From Podarcis muralis (taxonomy: Eukaryota), in assembly GCF_964188315.1 (NCBI RefSeq), contig NC_135667.1, positions 11,904,001 to 11,968,000 of the forward strand: DNA of 64,000 nucleotides, written 5' to 3'. A model generated the notes under the pieces. That model was not told the DNA's origin. It made no database searches and saw nothing but the letters and a program-made list of their open reading frames with translations. A program made the position numbers and the translations under genes. This document shows positions 62,301 through 64,000 of the stretch, in pieces; within the stretch, counting starts at the first letter, position 1; every line of letters starts with the position of its first letter.

Positions 62301-63487
62301 CCCTCTCAGCTACAGGATATCTTGCCAGGTACAGGCAAGATACACATGCTACTTAAACTAATCTATGAATGCACAGCTGCTGGTGGGCTATTTGCTTCTT
62401 TCCTGCTCCAGCTATTGATGTGCTGCTGAGAGTGAAATCGTGATCTGGACAGGTGTGGCTTCTTTCTGAACCTGTCTGGTGGTTTAAGAGAAACAAAGAG
62501 CAAGCAAAGAGCAATCCCTGCCATTCATGGCTCATCTAGGAGCAACCCAAGTTCAGAAGTAAAGCAAAGCCAGGCTGTTACTTAGCTCCCAGCATTGTGG
62601 CAGCAGCAGGAATAAAATAGGACTAAAGCCACAATTCCCGGACTGTCCACGGGCTGGATTGAGAAGGCGATTGGGCCAGATCCAGCACCGGGCCTTAGTT
62701 TGCCTACCCATGGTTTACACAGTAAACAGCCAGATGCCTATGGGAATTGTTCTAGAACCCACCATTTCAGTAGCATGTACGATCACACTGTACATTCACA
62801 TTTAAACCATAGTTTGATTTAACCATGGTTTAAAATGATTATCCAATAATGTTGCAGAAGGAACTGCCAATTGAGTGTGCATTCCCAAGCAATTGTTACA
62901 AATATCCTAGTATTTAGAGTTTTGTGTCGGAGAACAAAGAGAATGAATGACTAAGTGACACAACCAAGCCATAGGTTTTAAATATCACTCTGTAATATGC
63001 CAAAACCAGCCTAGAAAAAGTAATGCAAATAGGAGACTATGTTGCAATTGTTCCTATTCAATAGAGTGGGGGAAGCTATAAAACCAATAAACCCTTTAAG
63101 GATGGATACAACTCCTCACAGGAAGGAACCAAGAACATATCTCCCACCTAAAAACAACAAATTCAGAACAATAGGAAGAAAAAGTATAGTAGCAGTAAGC
63201 AATAAAATGAATGATGCAAAGATGGGGAATATATTGATTACAGTTACATAAATACGGTCATCAGAAAGTTTCTGAGATGGATGTATTTTAAAGCTGATGC
63301 TGTTTGATAATATAAAAACCTGAGATGTAATGCCAGCAATTATGAGGTCTCCTGATTGATAATATTGGTGAAGAATAGGAAGAGGGTCTAAGATGGAGCA
63401 CAGAGCAATAGAAGCCTTACACATAGCCTGTGGCAGCAACGCTAATACCAAAATAACAAATAGTACCATCTTGCAGAAAGCCTTCAT
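56366..63487 (-). CDS. Vmn2r: V2R gene H, all six exons open but exon 1/exon 2 phase mismatch (possible pseudogene, or rescued by an alternative acceptor)
   Basis: Exons: 63248-63487 (240, phase 0), 60747-61038 (292, needs phase 2; alternative in-frame acceptor gives 60747-61025), 59005-59862 (858), 58399-58632 (234), 57961-58087 (127), 56366-57270 (905). Confidence 0.84.
57570..57767. mobile_element. Decayed Tc1/mariner MITE, right end preserved
   Basis: aaatcgaggtaccactg-ta terminus; left boundary approximate. Confidence 0.5.
60406..60655 (+). mobile_element. hAT-type MITE with perfect 8-bp TSD
   Basis: CAGGGGTCAGCAAA...TCTGCCTACCCATG; TSD GACAATAT at 60398-60405 and 60656-60663. Confidence 0.9.
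61688..62337 (-). mobile_element. Probable solo LTR (similar architecture to 3978-4594)
   Basis: AATAAA on the minus strand at 61754-61759, ctagg..ctcacaa..ctttatt layout, purine-rich Glu/Ser pseudo-ORF; termini and TSD not resolved. Confidence 0.5.
62635..62712 (+). mobile_element. 3' end of the hAT-type MITE family
   Basis: ttcccggactgtccacgggctggatt..gggccttagtttgcctacccatg matches the end of 60406-60655. Confidence 0.75.
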
Positions 63488-63711
63488 TTTTCAAAAAAAG
63501 TCATTGTTTTCCATACAGGGACCGTGATTAGCAAAGCTGCAGCGGGATGACTGCTCATTCAGCAGATGTAAAGTCAGAACTATTAAACGTAAAGAATCAC
63601 TGTTTAGACTGACAGAGTTCCATTAACCTACAGGTTCTGAATAGGATATATTAGCAACAGGTTTTAGTAGCAATTTTTTCTCTTCATAGTTTTGCATGTA
63701 GCTACTGGAAC

Positions 63712-63768
63712 TCCCTAGGGATGGGGAGAATGTATTGAAGTTATTATTATGGTTAATTGGACAATTAA
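63712..63768 (-). promoter_or_regulatory. Candidate EBF/Olf-1 (O/E) palindrome plus homeodomain sites upstream of gene H
   Basis: TCCCTAGGGA at 63712-63721 matches the EBF consensus TCCCNNGGGA; TTAATTG at 63753-63759 and CAATTAA at 63762-63768; about 225 bp upstream of the ATG. Confidence 0.45.
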
Positions 63769-64000
63769 ACGAGAGATCACCACCTACTATTAGTTCTTGG
63801 TTCTTGACAACGTTGGAGACGAAAAACAAAAGATGTTTATCACACCTGAGCTAAACTTGTCTTGGTAATTCTTAGTGAAAGAGCAAGAAAATAACAATGA
63901 ACTACAGAGTATTGCACATGCATGAACATGTGTGTGTCAGGTTCCAGATAACAGGCCTTAAATAAAAAGTGTCAGAAGTTATTAAAAATGGCTGGATAAA

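Overview
Vertebrate genomic DNA, most likely from a squamate and probably a lacertid lizard (inferred from Sauria-type SINEs, Bov-B/RTE, CR1 and L2 remnants). The window holds a head-to-tail tandem array of vomeronasal type-2 receptor (V2R, class C GPCR) genes, all on the minus strand. I reconstructed exons by hand from GT-AG boundaries, reading phase and the stereotyped exon sizes (exon 2 = 292 bp, exon 4 = 228 bp, exon 5 = 127 bp, exon 6 about 902 bp). Left to right: gene A (exons 1-2 only, runs off the window), intact genes B, C and D (clade 1, 'GGLDSETS' type), an orphan exon-6 pseudogene E, intact genes F and G, and gene H (clade 2, 'GGPNS' type), which has a splice-phase anomaly at exon 1. 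Introns and spacers are filled with transposons: a 5'-truncated Penelope-like element with inverted arms and minimal hammerhead-ribozyme motifs, solo LTRs, Tc1/mariner and hAT MITEs, Sauria and other tRNA-derived SINEs, and CR1, L2 and RTE fragments. There are also microsatellites and two assembly gaps. I found no new gene family. The most interesting signals are an EBF(O/E)+homeodomain-like upstream module shared by the clade-2 V2Rs, gene-conversion footprints including a rewritten FNEAKF motif in gene F, a possible splice rescue in gene H, a copied splice acceptor that could yield a soluble receptor isoform, and the intronic hammerhead motifs.
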